A stretch of DNA of 60,671 nt from Welwitschia mirabilis (Eukaryota). The notes beneath the pieces are model-generated. The model searched no databases. It was not told the DNA's origin and worked only from the letters and a program-made list of their open reading frames with translations. Below are positions 1-14,689 of this stretch, one piece after another. How positions within the stretch are numbered: position 1 is the first letter of the stretch; each line of letters begins with the position of its first letter. Made by a program: the position numbers and the translations under genes. The stretch covers positions 36,694,799-36,755,469 of the forward strand of contig JBOZIK010000001.1 in the NCBI GenBank assembly GCA_051453625.1, given 5' to 3'.

Positions 1-208
1 GTACTGCTAGAGCGGTACTGCTTCTGATGCAGTCGCCTGTATGAATACTGTCGATCGTCCATCTTGCTATTAGATTTGATCTTACTGTGTGTGCTGAGGT
101 TGCCCATAGAAATGTCATCAGTCGCTAGTCCTACTATCAGATTGGATCTAACTGAGTGAAATGCGGTCTCCTGATGCCAATCACCCATGTTTAAACCGGT
201 CTTATTTA

Positions 209-833
209 TGTTATCTCAGTTCGGTCACCCGGTGTATTATGTGTGGTCGCCCTATTATGAAGCAGTGTTACAGTTCTTAACCAGTCAGTTTTCCGATCTT
301 ATACGTCAGTCGCCCGGTGCTCGGAATTACCTACACAAAAGACTAACTTACAAAAACTCGTTAAATTAATCAATGACAATGGGTTCTCAACAGAACTCAT
401 ATTTGAGAGTGATTATCTTACAACTTGCAGGAAATCTCTAATCGCATCATAGATGAACTTTTTCAATGAATNNNNNNNNNNNNNNNNNNNNNNNNNNNNN
501 NNNNNNNNNNNNNNNNNNNNNNNNNNNNNNNNNNNNNNNNNNNNNNNNNNNNNNNNNNNNNNNNNNNNNNNTGTTATCTCAGTTCGGTCGCCTGGTGTAT
601 TATGTGCGATCGCCCTATTATGAAGCAGTGTACAGTTCTTGATCAGTCAGTTTTCCAATCTTATACGTCAGTCGCCCGGTGCTCAGAATTACCTGCACAA
701 AAGACTAACTTACAAAAAATCGTTAAATTAATCAATGATAATGGGTTCTCAACAGAACCCATATTTGAGAGTGATTATCTTACAACTTGCAAGAAATCTC
801 TAATCGCATCATAGATGAACATTTTCAATGAAT
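209..833. repeat. Direct duplication of about 260 bp flanking an N gap
   Basis: 209-471 and 572-833 are near-identical (TGTTATCTCAGTTCGGTC...TTTTCAATGAAT) with scattered substitutions. Either a tandem repeat or an assembly overlap. Confidence 0.85.
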
Positions 834-2569
834 GAAAGCCCTCCTGAAGATTGGAACTTTTTAACGAGGTTGTTTCTGAAATGGGCCTCCAAGTGCCTAA
901 AGTAATTGATGGGCATCTTTGCACGGATGATATCTCCTTTACACTTGAAGCCAAAGTCTAAGTTAAAAAAGCGATGCTTTTTCCCTCCACTGAATCCACA
1001 TAAGATTTGGTACCTAATGATTCTACCACCATTGGATAATAGAGTCTTACTTCTACAACCTTCAATAACTCAAATCCACTTACGCCCATCATTTTGTATT
1101 TTTAGGGTTTATGAGTCATCTTTAAAAAACCTTCCCTTAGGGGTAGGAAAATCAGCATGAGATCTAAGACTTACTATTATGCTCTTTCAGGTTTTCATAG
1201 TAGTTAACACTACCAAAGAGCTTGCAAATGACATGTTCAAAAGGCACTGCACAGCTTCTCACAAAGAGAAAAACTCTAAAACTGAAAACCACCTCCAGAA
1301 ACCATTCAAAATAGTGCCTACATGGATAAGTCATGAAATAAGGAACACAAGAAACTCAGTATGTGCAAGATGTGTCAAATCTAGATGAGAACCACCCCTT
1401 TGCCTACTGTTGAGCACTTCAAATGCGAACCCTACCTATGCAACTCCACTCCACTCTCTCTGAGATGGAAGAAAGCTAAAAGGACTCCTCTAAAAGAATC
1501 TCATATTTAACCTATTTGAAAGTTAATTATTAATAAAGGGAATGAAAGTCTAAAAATTTAAAAAGGTATTATATTTTGAAATGTAACATTATTATTTGGA
1601 TTTCCCTTCTCCCCACCCCCTTTCTTGTTAGCTCGTCTTTCATTGTGGGTGGGTGGGGGATGGAAGTGGAGGATGCGTGGATGGAATTAGATAACTAGAT
1701 CTTTATCATACCAAGATGATTCGTTTTTAAAGAACAGATTCTCATACTTTTTGAAAACTTGGAGCAAAAGATAGTTACTTGGGAACCATCTAAAAAAAGT
1801 TAGAAGGAGGACTATTTCTGATCTAATACAACTTTTATTTTAGAGAGTTATCTCTCATGTGATTAGCAATAAATTATTTATCATAGAACCCAATTTTCAG
1901 GGAATTCTTTTCTTCCTCATTTTTTTTAAATAAATCATCTAAAAGGTCCATCTCCTACTATATATAAAATTGTCTTTCTAAACTCTTGTATTATGTTCAT
2001 TTCTTATTTAAGTTTGTCATCATCATTCTTTTAGTGCCTTAGGTTTTTTCTTTCTTTCTTTCTTTGTTTTTTTTTTTTGAAGTTGAAGAAAAACGAAAAA
2101 GAAACAAAATGAAATCTCTAATGTTAATAATACATAAATTTATAATGAAGACATATAGATACAATTTCATTCACAAAACAACACAAAGAATAAAACTTAT
2201 GTAGAAAGAAAAATAAAACAAGAAGAATACAATTACTATTTAATGTGGTTTAGCTTCCTTCTAGTTTACATCTACTAACCATATTCTTTCTTATGTTCAC
2301 AAAACATTAGAATCAAAAGAAATCCATCATATTAATCCTTGGCGAGAATAGCAACCATAAAAACCTAACTATAATATTCTAAAAGTTCCACTCAATTATT
2401 TCCCAAGAATCAAGGGTCTTCTTGACTTTATGTCTTTAAGTTTCACGCATCAAGCTAGGGTTTAATTAGGATTTTTCGTACTCTTATTTTTAATCCTATT
2501 TCATATATCTCATTATCTATTGTCTATGCTCAAAACCCCTACTACTTAATGTTAAAGATCACCTAAAAC

Positions 2570-2653
2570 AACTTTAAAGTTTTTGGAAATCAATTTTGCT
2601 CCACCAAAACTAAACTTTAAAGTTTTTGGAAATCAATTGTACTCCACCAAAAC
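2570..2653. repeat. Tandem duplication, 43-bp period, 2 copies
   Basis: AACTTTAAAGTTTTTGGAAATCAATT.t.CTCCACCAAAAC occurs at 2570 and 2613. Confidence 0.85.
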
Positions 2654-3745
2654 CATGTCAGATATCCTTGCTACTATTACAAACACATCTTGTAAGGGAG
2701 AACTACTATTAATTGTGAGGATGCCCTTGCTTCACATAGAAGAAAGAACATGGATTAACTTTTAACCATAAAAAAATTTGAGTCATCAATGATAGTAATG
2801 GAAACTAGATTTTTTTTAATTATTCATAAAAACCTTAAGGATCTAATGGATAGGAGGAACGTACATGGAATATGCTTAAAAGATTTCATTTATAAAGTTA
2901 CTTAGAGTTTTATATAAAATTTAAAATAAATCAAACAAAGTATGAGCTTTGATGTTCACTTTCTTATGTGTGTTATCTATAGAGGGATATTTAAGATAGG
3001 GATGATATTCATCTTATTTTAGTCACAAAGCCGCAAGATCTACCCTTCTTGAGAAATTTGAAGTGAGATAGTATCACTTAAATAAGTTACCTTTGTAGAA
3101 ATGCTTTTTATAATATATTTAAATAAATTACTTTCCTCGAGCACTTTTTGTTTTACAATTATTTGAATTTGTGTTGATCATAATGCAAGATTTGTTTTTG
3201 AATGTTTCATTCTTAAAGCGAATTTTTTACTCAAAAAAACCAACTTTTTTTTAGAACAATGGAACACCTTTTTAGGAAATAAATCCTTCGAAAAATGTAG
3301 AAAACATTAAAACAGGGATGTCTATGTTTCATGTGACTTAATGAGTCTTTTATGTAAAAAAGGTCTTAATTGATTGTCACATCAAAGTATTTCTCATGAA
3401 GATTTTAAATTTTTTAAATGGTTTAAATTTATGAGAAACGTTAAATGAAACCAATATAAGGAAGACACGATTTCGAGAGCTCTAATGCCCTCTAAGACAA
3501 ATCCAAGATAGGAAAAACAAGGTTTCTATAATTTCTAATCTCCAATACCTTTTGAGGAAGGAAAATCCAAATTTGATAAAAGATGGGTTTCATTTCTACC
3601 ACTTAACATGTGAGATTACTACAAACTATCAAAGACATAAGATTTCTATAATTGTGAGAAAAATTTTAAATTTTATAATAAACCAAACCTTCTTTTAAGT
3701 GTTTGGGGATCTCTGTAAAGTGTAATTGTCATGTTTCTGAACGAT

Positions 3746-4082
3746 ACCTACCTTCTGGGTATCTGCACTTAGTCAACATCAAGATTAGCATCAGCTTCTT
3801 GGTGATGGACATCAGCTCGCTCACAGGCACGTGTTTTGCAGTTGGTAGAAACGGAAAACGTGGATGGATTTTCAGTTCTGCCATTTCTAACAGTTGCAGG
3901 CTTGTCGCTCCCGGCGACAGTGGAGAACAATGGTATTTCTTCTACCCATGTCGTGGTGTGGTTAGGTATCTGATGTAGTTGGGTAATTCGGTGAGTGATA
4001 TTAATGGTGCATATGACATTCCAGGGAGATGGGGAAGCCATTGCAAAGAAATAAACAAATTTGCAAAGGTAAGCATATATAT
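3746..4082 (+). promoter_or_regulatory. Putative proximal promoter of the GH1 gene (AC/SMRE elements, G-box, TATA-like box)
   Basis: ACCTACC at 3746-3752, CACGTG at 3828-3833, AGTTGGT (reverse complement ACCAACT) at 3840-3846, GTTAGGT (reverse complement ACCTAAC) at 3961-3967, and TATATA at 4076-4081, about 100 nt before the ATG. Motif matches only. Confidence 0.45.
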
Positions 4083-4178
4083 CTGGAGGTAGCCTTACAG
4101 ACCTGGAAACCCTTTGTTCTGCAAGTGCGAGGCTTGCTGTTCCAGTGAAACGAAACGAATCCTGGGATAAGCATTTCA

Positions 4179-7142
<2,964 letters not shown>

Positions 7143-9193
7143 AATTCCTGGTTGGACCAGGAATTTGTTCCATGTCTGTGTGATTGAAATAGAAGAGGTG
7201 TTCCTCCAGGGATCTCTAGAAAAGCCTGAATGTTGGTTCGCCATGAATCTATAGATTTTGAGCTCAAATTTCCATTAGATAGTCGTAAGTTTTGTCGGTA
7301 TCAATTTTCATTGAGGTACACTCTGTTTTCTACCAGCTCAAGTTTGAGACAACAAATGATACCCTATAAACACCACAGTCTGCAATTTATAATACGTATT
7401 GCAACAAGCTTTTTAAAAACCTCGTGTAGCATTTCTTGTTCAATCGTGCCTGCTTGTATCTTTCGTACTGCAATTTGGAGAGTTCACTGCATGTGGTGCT
7501 GCCACTACCTAATTAAATGGATTCCTCAATTTCGACTTTACCATCTGTGACAGTCGAGTTCGTTTTCCTACACTTCACATTTCATAGCAAATGCTTTGAA
7601 CCATTTCATTATGCCTCCTTCATGAAAACAGTCTATTCAAAATCAGTATAGTGCAAGGGAGAGACATCCTTTAAAGGTGAATGCTGCAACATCACTTTCA
7701 CTTTAAAAAGGGAGCCTCTGAGAAATCAGTCACCATCCATGATTGCAATGCGCCTGTGTTGCCTTTTTCAGGCCTTACAAGTACCTATATTTGGCTTCTT
7801 CTGCAAAGTGCAGAGGATACGCTAATGCTAATAGTTTTCTGTCTGAGCCATAAATAAGTGATTTTCTGTCTGAGCCATAAATAAGAGACATACCTATGGA
7901 ACAAACACAATGGTAAGTGCCTCTAGTATACAGAGACTACCTGTTATTCACACATCCTAATTGGTTAATACGTGGCTAAAAAATATAGAGGGCTACAAAT
8001 CATTCTTCTGACCATTAATTCTTGTTATTGGCTCATTCACATGCCCCTTCACGGGCTAAAGAATCGTAAAGTGTGAACAAATAGAGATTAATCAATTATT
8101 CTGCCTTAAAGAAGACGAACTAGTATTCATATAGTGATGTCTCTATTGTACACCACATATAACGCTTTTGTAGTCATTGATCTTCTAAGACTAATTCTCT
8201 AGTTCTTTAACATGGTGTTTAGGTTTGTTTTCATAGTAAATGAACATGCATTCCAGAGAGTGCAGAGTAACTAAAACAATGCAGGATAAGTGCACTATTG
8301 CTATGGAACTAATCTCTAGCAACACCTGAAAAGAAAACCCGCTATAGAAGAAATCAAATTGGAAGGATGAATCAAGTTATTGCATTCAAGTGCTCAGCAT
8401 GGAAGCAGAGATTCTTTGTGACAAATGAAGTCTTAATAGAAAAGCTTCTCAACAATCTTTACTACTTATAAGTGTCATATGATCTTTTTCTTTCTTCAAG
8501 GTAAACTGAGGAAACAGCCTTTTCAGAGAAACAAATAAAGTTTTAGCTATCAAAGGCCCTACGAACATGATGCAACATTTTCAAAGATGCAACATTTTCA
8601 AAGATACTTTGTAGTATAAGGACAGTAGTGTAGACTTTCTAAGCTAATGAACAAAATATAAGACAAAGCTTTTGTACTTATTAAAAACTTTGTAATGGGT
8701 ACAGAGGTGATGACAGTAAAATAAATATCTTCTATATATAGTAAGACTCAGAGAGTGAAGGTATTGAAGGTATTTTCGTATTGGCTCGGGAGAAGTAATG
8801 CATTCTATATATTTCTATTAGTTTTATAAAACATGTCAAATAGAACCCACAAAAAATCTGATTTATCATTTAAAAAAAATGAAAACAAGAAATTTTTTTA
8901 CCACTGGATCTAATGCTTCCAAACTTCCAATGGTAATATAAGTATATTTGATTAGAATCACAAGTGACTTCAGATACACTAGTTATTATTGTTGGTGGTC
9001 AAGGTATTTACGTTAGTAAAATAGAACCATAATCTAAGAACAATAGTATTAAGATTACTTCTTTGTGTATTTATTCTCATTAGAGATGTCCTATGGTAGA
9101 AGTAGAATTTCATCAATTGAAAGTTAATTTAGGACACTATAGCAATCATGATTTTGAATTGTTAAAGAGTCTATAAAGACAAACTAAGATGGG

Positions 9194-12100
9194 TTGAGCA
9201 TTATTAGGCTCAAGGTGCTCACCTTCAGAATCTTAAAAAGGCAAGCACTCCTCTCCCCATATAGAAGCGATCAAAGGTGGGAATGTTTTCATACCTCCAG
9301 AGAATCAAATNNNNNNNNNNNNNNNNNNNNNNNNNNNNNNNNNNNNNNNNNNNNNNNNNNNNNNNNNNNNNNNNNNNNNNNNNNNNNNNNNNNNNNNNNN
9401 NNNNNNNNNNNNNNNNNNNNNNNNNNNNNNNNNNNNNNNNNNNNNNNNNNNNNNNNNNNNNNNNNNNNNNNNNNNNNNNNNNNNNNNNNNNNNNNNNNNN
9501 NNNNNNNNNNNNAATTTTTCAGTAAGTTCTGGCATATTATTGGAATGGATGCTTGTAACATTTATAAAGAAGCTCTTGCTAACAAATCCGTAGGGACATA
9601 TATCAACACTAGAATAGTCAAGCTTTTGCCTAAATCAGGTGACTCGCATAATATCTATAATTGGAGACCTATCACTCTCTTAAATGTGATCTATAAAATT
9701 ATTGACAAGGTAATGGCAGACAGATTGAAGAAATTTCTCGACATTATTATAAATAAAGAGCAAATTGGTTTTGTTCANNNNNNNNNNNNNNNNNNNNNNN
9801 NNNNNNNNNNNNNNNNNNNNNNNNNNNNNNNNNNNNNNNNNNTTCAATAGGCTGCCCTTTTGAAGCTGGATTTTTCTAAAGCCTACAATAGACTCAATTG
9901 GCATTTCCTCATTAGGGTTATTCGCCATCATCAACTTAGGATGCTTTTGAAAACCATGTTCAGATGCTTCTAGCAAATGCCACTTCTTTTATTTGCATTA
10001 ATGATGTTTTCTCTCAATCCATATCTCTTCAGAGATCAGTTAGGCAAGAATGTTCCTTAGTGCCATATCTTTTTATCATNNNNNNNNNNNNNNNNNNNNN
10101 NNNNNNNNNNNNNNNNNNNNNNNNNNNNNNNNNNNNNNNNNNNNNNNNNNNNNNNNNNNNNNNNNNNNNNNNNNNNNNNNNNNNNNNNNNNNNNNNNNNN
10201 NNNNNNNNNNNNNNNNNNNNNNNNNNNNNNNNNNNNNNNNNNNNNNNNNNNNNNNNNNNNNNNNNNNNNNNNNNNNNNNNNNNNNNNNNNNNNNNNNNNN
10301 NNNNNNNNNNNNNNNNNNNNNNNNNNNNNNNNNNNNNNNNNNNNNNNNNNNNNNNNNNNNNNNNNNNNNNNNNNNNNNNNNNNNNNNNNNNNNNNNNNNN
10401 NNNNNNNNNNNNNNNNNNNNNNNNNNNNNNNNNCATTAATGATGTTTTTTCTCAACCCATATCTCTTCAGAGATCAGTTAGGCAAGAATGTCCCTCAGTG
10501 CCATATCTTTTTATCATAGCAGCAAATGCTCTTGTAGCTCTTCTTAAAGCTCATCATTCTTTAGGCAATCTTCATAGCATTAGCCTTCTAATGGCAATAC
10601 AATTCTTCATAGCTAATTTGCAAACGATACCTTTCTATTGATTAAAGAGATTAATTCGGATTTTCAGCTATTGATTAAAGAGATTAATTCGGATTTTCAG
10701 AGAGTCATTAATACTCTCAATTTATATTGTCTAGCTTCAGGTTTGCAAATTAATTGGAATAAAAATCAGTGCCATCTGTTCCACTCTCATTGAGAGGTCT
10801 GCTTGATCTTACCAATTCAATATCACATGGCTTTTACCCGTTAATCATTTCAAACTTTTGAGAATCCCTATAGCTTTAGCAAATANNNNNNNNNNNNNNN
10901 NNNNNNNNNNNNNNNNNNNNNNNNNNNNNNNNNNNNNNNNNNNNNNNNNNNNNNNNNNNNNNNNNNNNNNNNNNNNNNNNNNNNNTTCAAACTTTTGGGA
11001 ATCCCTATAGCTTTATCAAATAATCAATCCAACATGTGGCAAATGGTTATTGACAAGGTTAAAGAGAAAGCTCTTAAATGGTCCGAGAATCTTTGTCCTT
11101 AGCAGGCAGGAGCATTGCATGTACTCATATCCTTAGTGCTATTCCAATTTACTATGCCTCCTTTATGGCTCCTAACCTTGCTTATGACAATCAACAAAAT
11201 TCTCCGAGTTATTCTGTGGGGGAACACTACAAGTGCTAAATTTTTTAATAGAGTTGCATGGAGTATTTGCTACCATTCCAAACATTTAGGTGGTCTAGGG
11301 ATTCCTTCTTTAGACACGAAGGTACTCTGTTAGCCTCCAAATGGATAATTCGATCATTGGAAGGAGATAAGGCATGAAAGGTTTTATTTAGATTTTATTT
11401 TACCAATGACAGTATCTGTTCCAACCATTTGTGGCAAGGTATTCATTGGAGTAATGCTACCTTCTCCTACGGTAACTTCAAANNNNNNNNNNNNNNNNNN
11501 NNNNNNNNNNNNNNNNNNNNNNNNNNNNNNNNNNNNNNNNNNNNNNNNNNNNNNNNNNNNNNNNNNNNNNNNNNNNNNNNNNCGAGCTATTCTGTGGGGG
11601 AACACTATAAGTGCTAAAGTTTTTAATAGAGTTGCATGGAATATTTGCTACCATTTCAAACATTTAGGTGGTCTGAGGATTCCTTTTTTAGATCACAAAG
11701 GTACTCTGTTAGCCTCCAAATGGATAATTCGATCTTTGGAAGGAGATAAGGCATGGAAGGTTTTATTTAGATTTTATTTTATCAATGACAGTATCTGTTC
11801 CAACCATTTGTGGCAAGGTATCTATTGAAGTAATGCTACCTTCTCCTACAGTAACTTCAAAGGCAAAGGCTCTTATGTTTTTCAGCAAATGTTAAAGTCT
11901 TGGCACAGACCCAAAAGTTTTCTTCTTTGGCAACCAGCAAATTTAAGCCATAGCCAACTAGCCACTCATTCTCCTCGGTGGTCTCTAGCCTTTAAAACTG
12001 TAGATAACCCTTTGGCTTGTTAGTTTCTTGCTAGATTTCGAAGATTGGCCAAAGCAAGGCTTCTCCACCTGAATCAATTTATCTTGCAACAAGACAATCA

Positions 12101-12880
12101 TATTAAAATTAATTGGTCTCAAAGGTTCAAAAATTGGATCTTCCCATTATCAGACACATAAAGAATTTGGTAACTAGAATCAAGTGGAATCATAATAGCA
12201 AAATTAGTGGGATGATTGGCTCTGGCCCGATAGTAGTCATATTACTAAGTTATCCCTTTCTAAGGCTCGCACTTGGTTTCAAGACTTCGGCAGTCTCATT
12301 AACAAGCTGAACTCCAAATGGCATCTCTCTTGGACGGAAGATAACTGGAAAGAATTTTTCAAGTAGGTTGGAAGATTAAGGCTCATCCTATAACTATAGT
12401 TTTCTTTTAGTGCCTTATTCATCAAAGTTTACGTATTGGTCATCATCTTCAACATTTGGGAGTTGCCCATTCTTTGTGCTCTCTGTGTTAAGCTTCAGAA
12501 ACCCTCCAACATGTTTTTAGGGATTGTAGTTTGGCACTTCAGATTTGGGATTGGACTATAAATGTTAGCAGATTGAGCACTCTTCTTTAGTATCCTAGAA
12601 TCATTCTACTTCAAGATAATTCAAACACCTTTTCTAATCATGGATGGAACATCCTTGTCTTTCACTGTGTGCACTTTATTTGGAAGACTCGATGTAATGC
12701 TTAGTTCGATAAGAAAACCTTTCATAAAATTCTCTATTGTAGCAGCAATGCTCCTCTAATATGAAGCTTCTAAACTTCATGGAGATTATAAACTTCTAAA
12801 GATGTGCTATAACAAAATCACTTAGAGACACTTGGTGTTTTCTAGTTTTTAGTTTTTCATTGTAACTGTTGATCTAGTAA
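9194..12880 (+). mobile_element. Decayed L1-type LINE (ORF2 reverse transcriptase and C-terminal region)
   Basis: Translations give NWRPITLLNVIYKII, KEQIGFV, LKLDFSKAYNRLNW, RSVRQECxxVPYLF (RQGCPLSPYLF-like), *FANDT (FADD-like) and LWG..RVAW..GGLGI..LLASKWIIR. There are stops, frameshifts and N gaps. Ends are approximate. Confidence 0.9.
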
Positions 12881-13035
12881 CCATCCTGGGGGTGTGGTTA
12901 CTTTATGTCTTTTCTTTGGGCTCTACTACGGTGTGNNNNNNNNNNNNNNNNNNNNNNNNNNNNNNNNNNNNNNNNNNNNNNNNNNNNNNNNNNNNNNNNN
13001 NNNNNNNNNNNNNNNNNNNNNNNNNNNNNNNNNNN

Positions 13036-13070
13036 CTTCAGCATTTCTCTACCTTAACAATCCCCCTCAA
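13036..13070 (-). mobile_element. PPT and 3' LTR start of an LTR element (minus strand)
   Basis: Plus strand CTTAACA-A-TCCCCCTCAA reads TTGAGGGGGA-T-TGTTAAG on the minus strand, a typical PPT followed by TG. The rest of the LTR is lost in the gap. Confidence 0.5.
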
Positions 13071-14689
13071 ATTATAATTTTCCTGTTATTCGGTGCTGCG
13101 CCTTGTCGTATTTGGGATAACCTGGTTCCCGTTATATACGGCTATCGCTACTGGGAGGCTAGGTGATACATGCGTCCTGGATAAACACGAATACTTGCTA
13201 TCCATCTCTAGTTGCAAGGCTACAGGCTCGGTGATGCTACTTGCTATGTGCCTTCACCCACATACTAGTTACTTCCTGCCTGCCTGCATTACCTGCCTGC
13301 CCGCATACGAAACCCCTTTCTGCCATATACACCGGGTAGCAGAGTAGGCGACTCCGTTAGATCTGGGGGTTTCCTATGTTGGGCAATTGTGGCATAAAAA
13401 TCCAAAATCCCTGGAGATTTCGTAGATCAAGCCTTTTGATCAAATGCTAGAATTTGTTTGTAAAGGGGTCTTGAGTGTCTAGAAGAAATTCTAGACTGGA
13501 ATCACCACCACTTGTAACTTTTCTCACAGAATGGCTCTGCAACTTGGCAAAGCCCAGGCTTTTCTTCTTCAAGAATTAAAACGCACAAGAGTTGGGTAAA
13601 AATGCAGAGGAAGAGGATCTTAATCTGTTAACTTTCTATCTGCCTTTCATTGTGAGCTCATGCTGCTTATATAGATTGTCCAATGTCTAATTTTTAGCAA
13701 TGCAAAAGATTCATCGTAAAGTTTAAAAGAGATTAGGAAGACTGATGAAATAGTCTAAACAGCATTGGACTATAAGAGAAATTATCTGTACCTTTATTCT
13801 ATTCAAAACTAGAATTTTCCCTCTACACTACTTCCGCTCACCCTGCTTTTGCGTTTCAGTATTGATTTTAAAAAAACATATTAAAGGTTTGTAAAAGATA
13901 ATAGATCTTAGCGGAGAAGAACTAACAGCGAGTGAAAAATGGCTCAAAAAAAATGTTTGAAGTAAAGACGCAAATGTAGGGTTTTGAATATCAATCACTT
14001 ATAAAGGGAAAAAAGGGAAAACCTTTTGACCAAGGATGCTAGAGGTTTCCTTTCTCCTCCAATTTGTTGGCTTCCTTAAGATCTTGGATGCTAATCTTAC
14101 AAGCATGTTGAGCAGTTCATCATTTNNNNNNNNNNNNNNNNNNNNNNNNNNNNNNNNNNNNNNNNNNNNAAAGATCTCTGCAACTTGATGAGCACCCCAA
14201 ATTTGTTGAATCATAAGAGCTTTAGCATTTGCTTTTGGAATTTTTATTGCTGTAGAAGGGAAGCCTTGCATTGAAGAAAGCGAAAACATATCAGTGATTT
14301 CTATGATGATGATTTAATGGAGAATGCATGACCACACTTTCTACACCATTGTTCGCCTACATTGAACTGCACTGCTTTATTTTATTGTGATTTGTTTGTG
14401 ATTTTGATTTTGATNNNNNNNNNNNNNNNNNNNNNNNNNNNNNNNNNNNNNNNNNNNNNNNNNNNNNNNNNNNNNNNCTATGGTACTAAATGTATCACAA
14501 TACAACATACAGATGGATCTTTGATTTTCTCCATTGGAATTTGGAATAACTAGTGCTTTTGAAAACAAATTTATAGGCACTCAATTATAATAAAAGCTTC
14601 AAATAAATTATACACTTATTTATTTAATAAGTTCACTTTTAAATAAGTCTTAGAAAGCATGATAACTCCATCAAAAGAAAACCTATTTA

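Noticed and set aside
7550..8700. Possible minus-strand exons of a second gene (acceptor-like TTTTCTTTTCAG near 8326)
   Set aside because: No consistent reading frame or recognisable protein motif, so a gene cannot be supported.
7835..10700. Small tandem duplications (~7835-7885, ~8569-8606, ~10635-10700)
   Set aside because: Ordinary 17-33 bp slippage or repair duplications with no sign of function.
13347..13370. GGCGACTCCG, resembling a Tat/Ogre tRNA-Arg PBS
   Set aside because: Only about 10 nt match and it is not preceded by an LTR-terminal CA.
13735..13822. CTGATGA followed by a 9-bp hairpin (ATAGTCTAA/TTGGACTAT) and GAAA, resembling a hammerhead ribozyme core
   Set aside because: Extra nucleotides separate stem II from GAAA, there is no G-C closing pair, and stem III and the cleavage triplet are unconvincing. 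An Infernal search would settle it.
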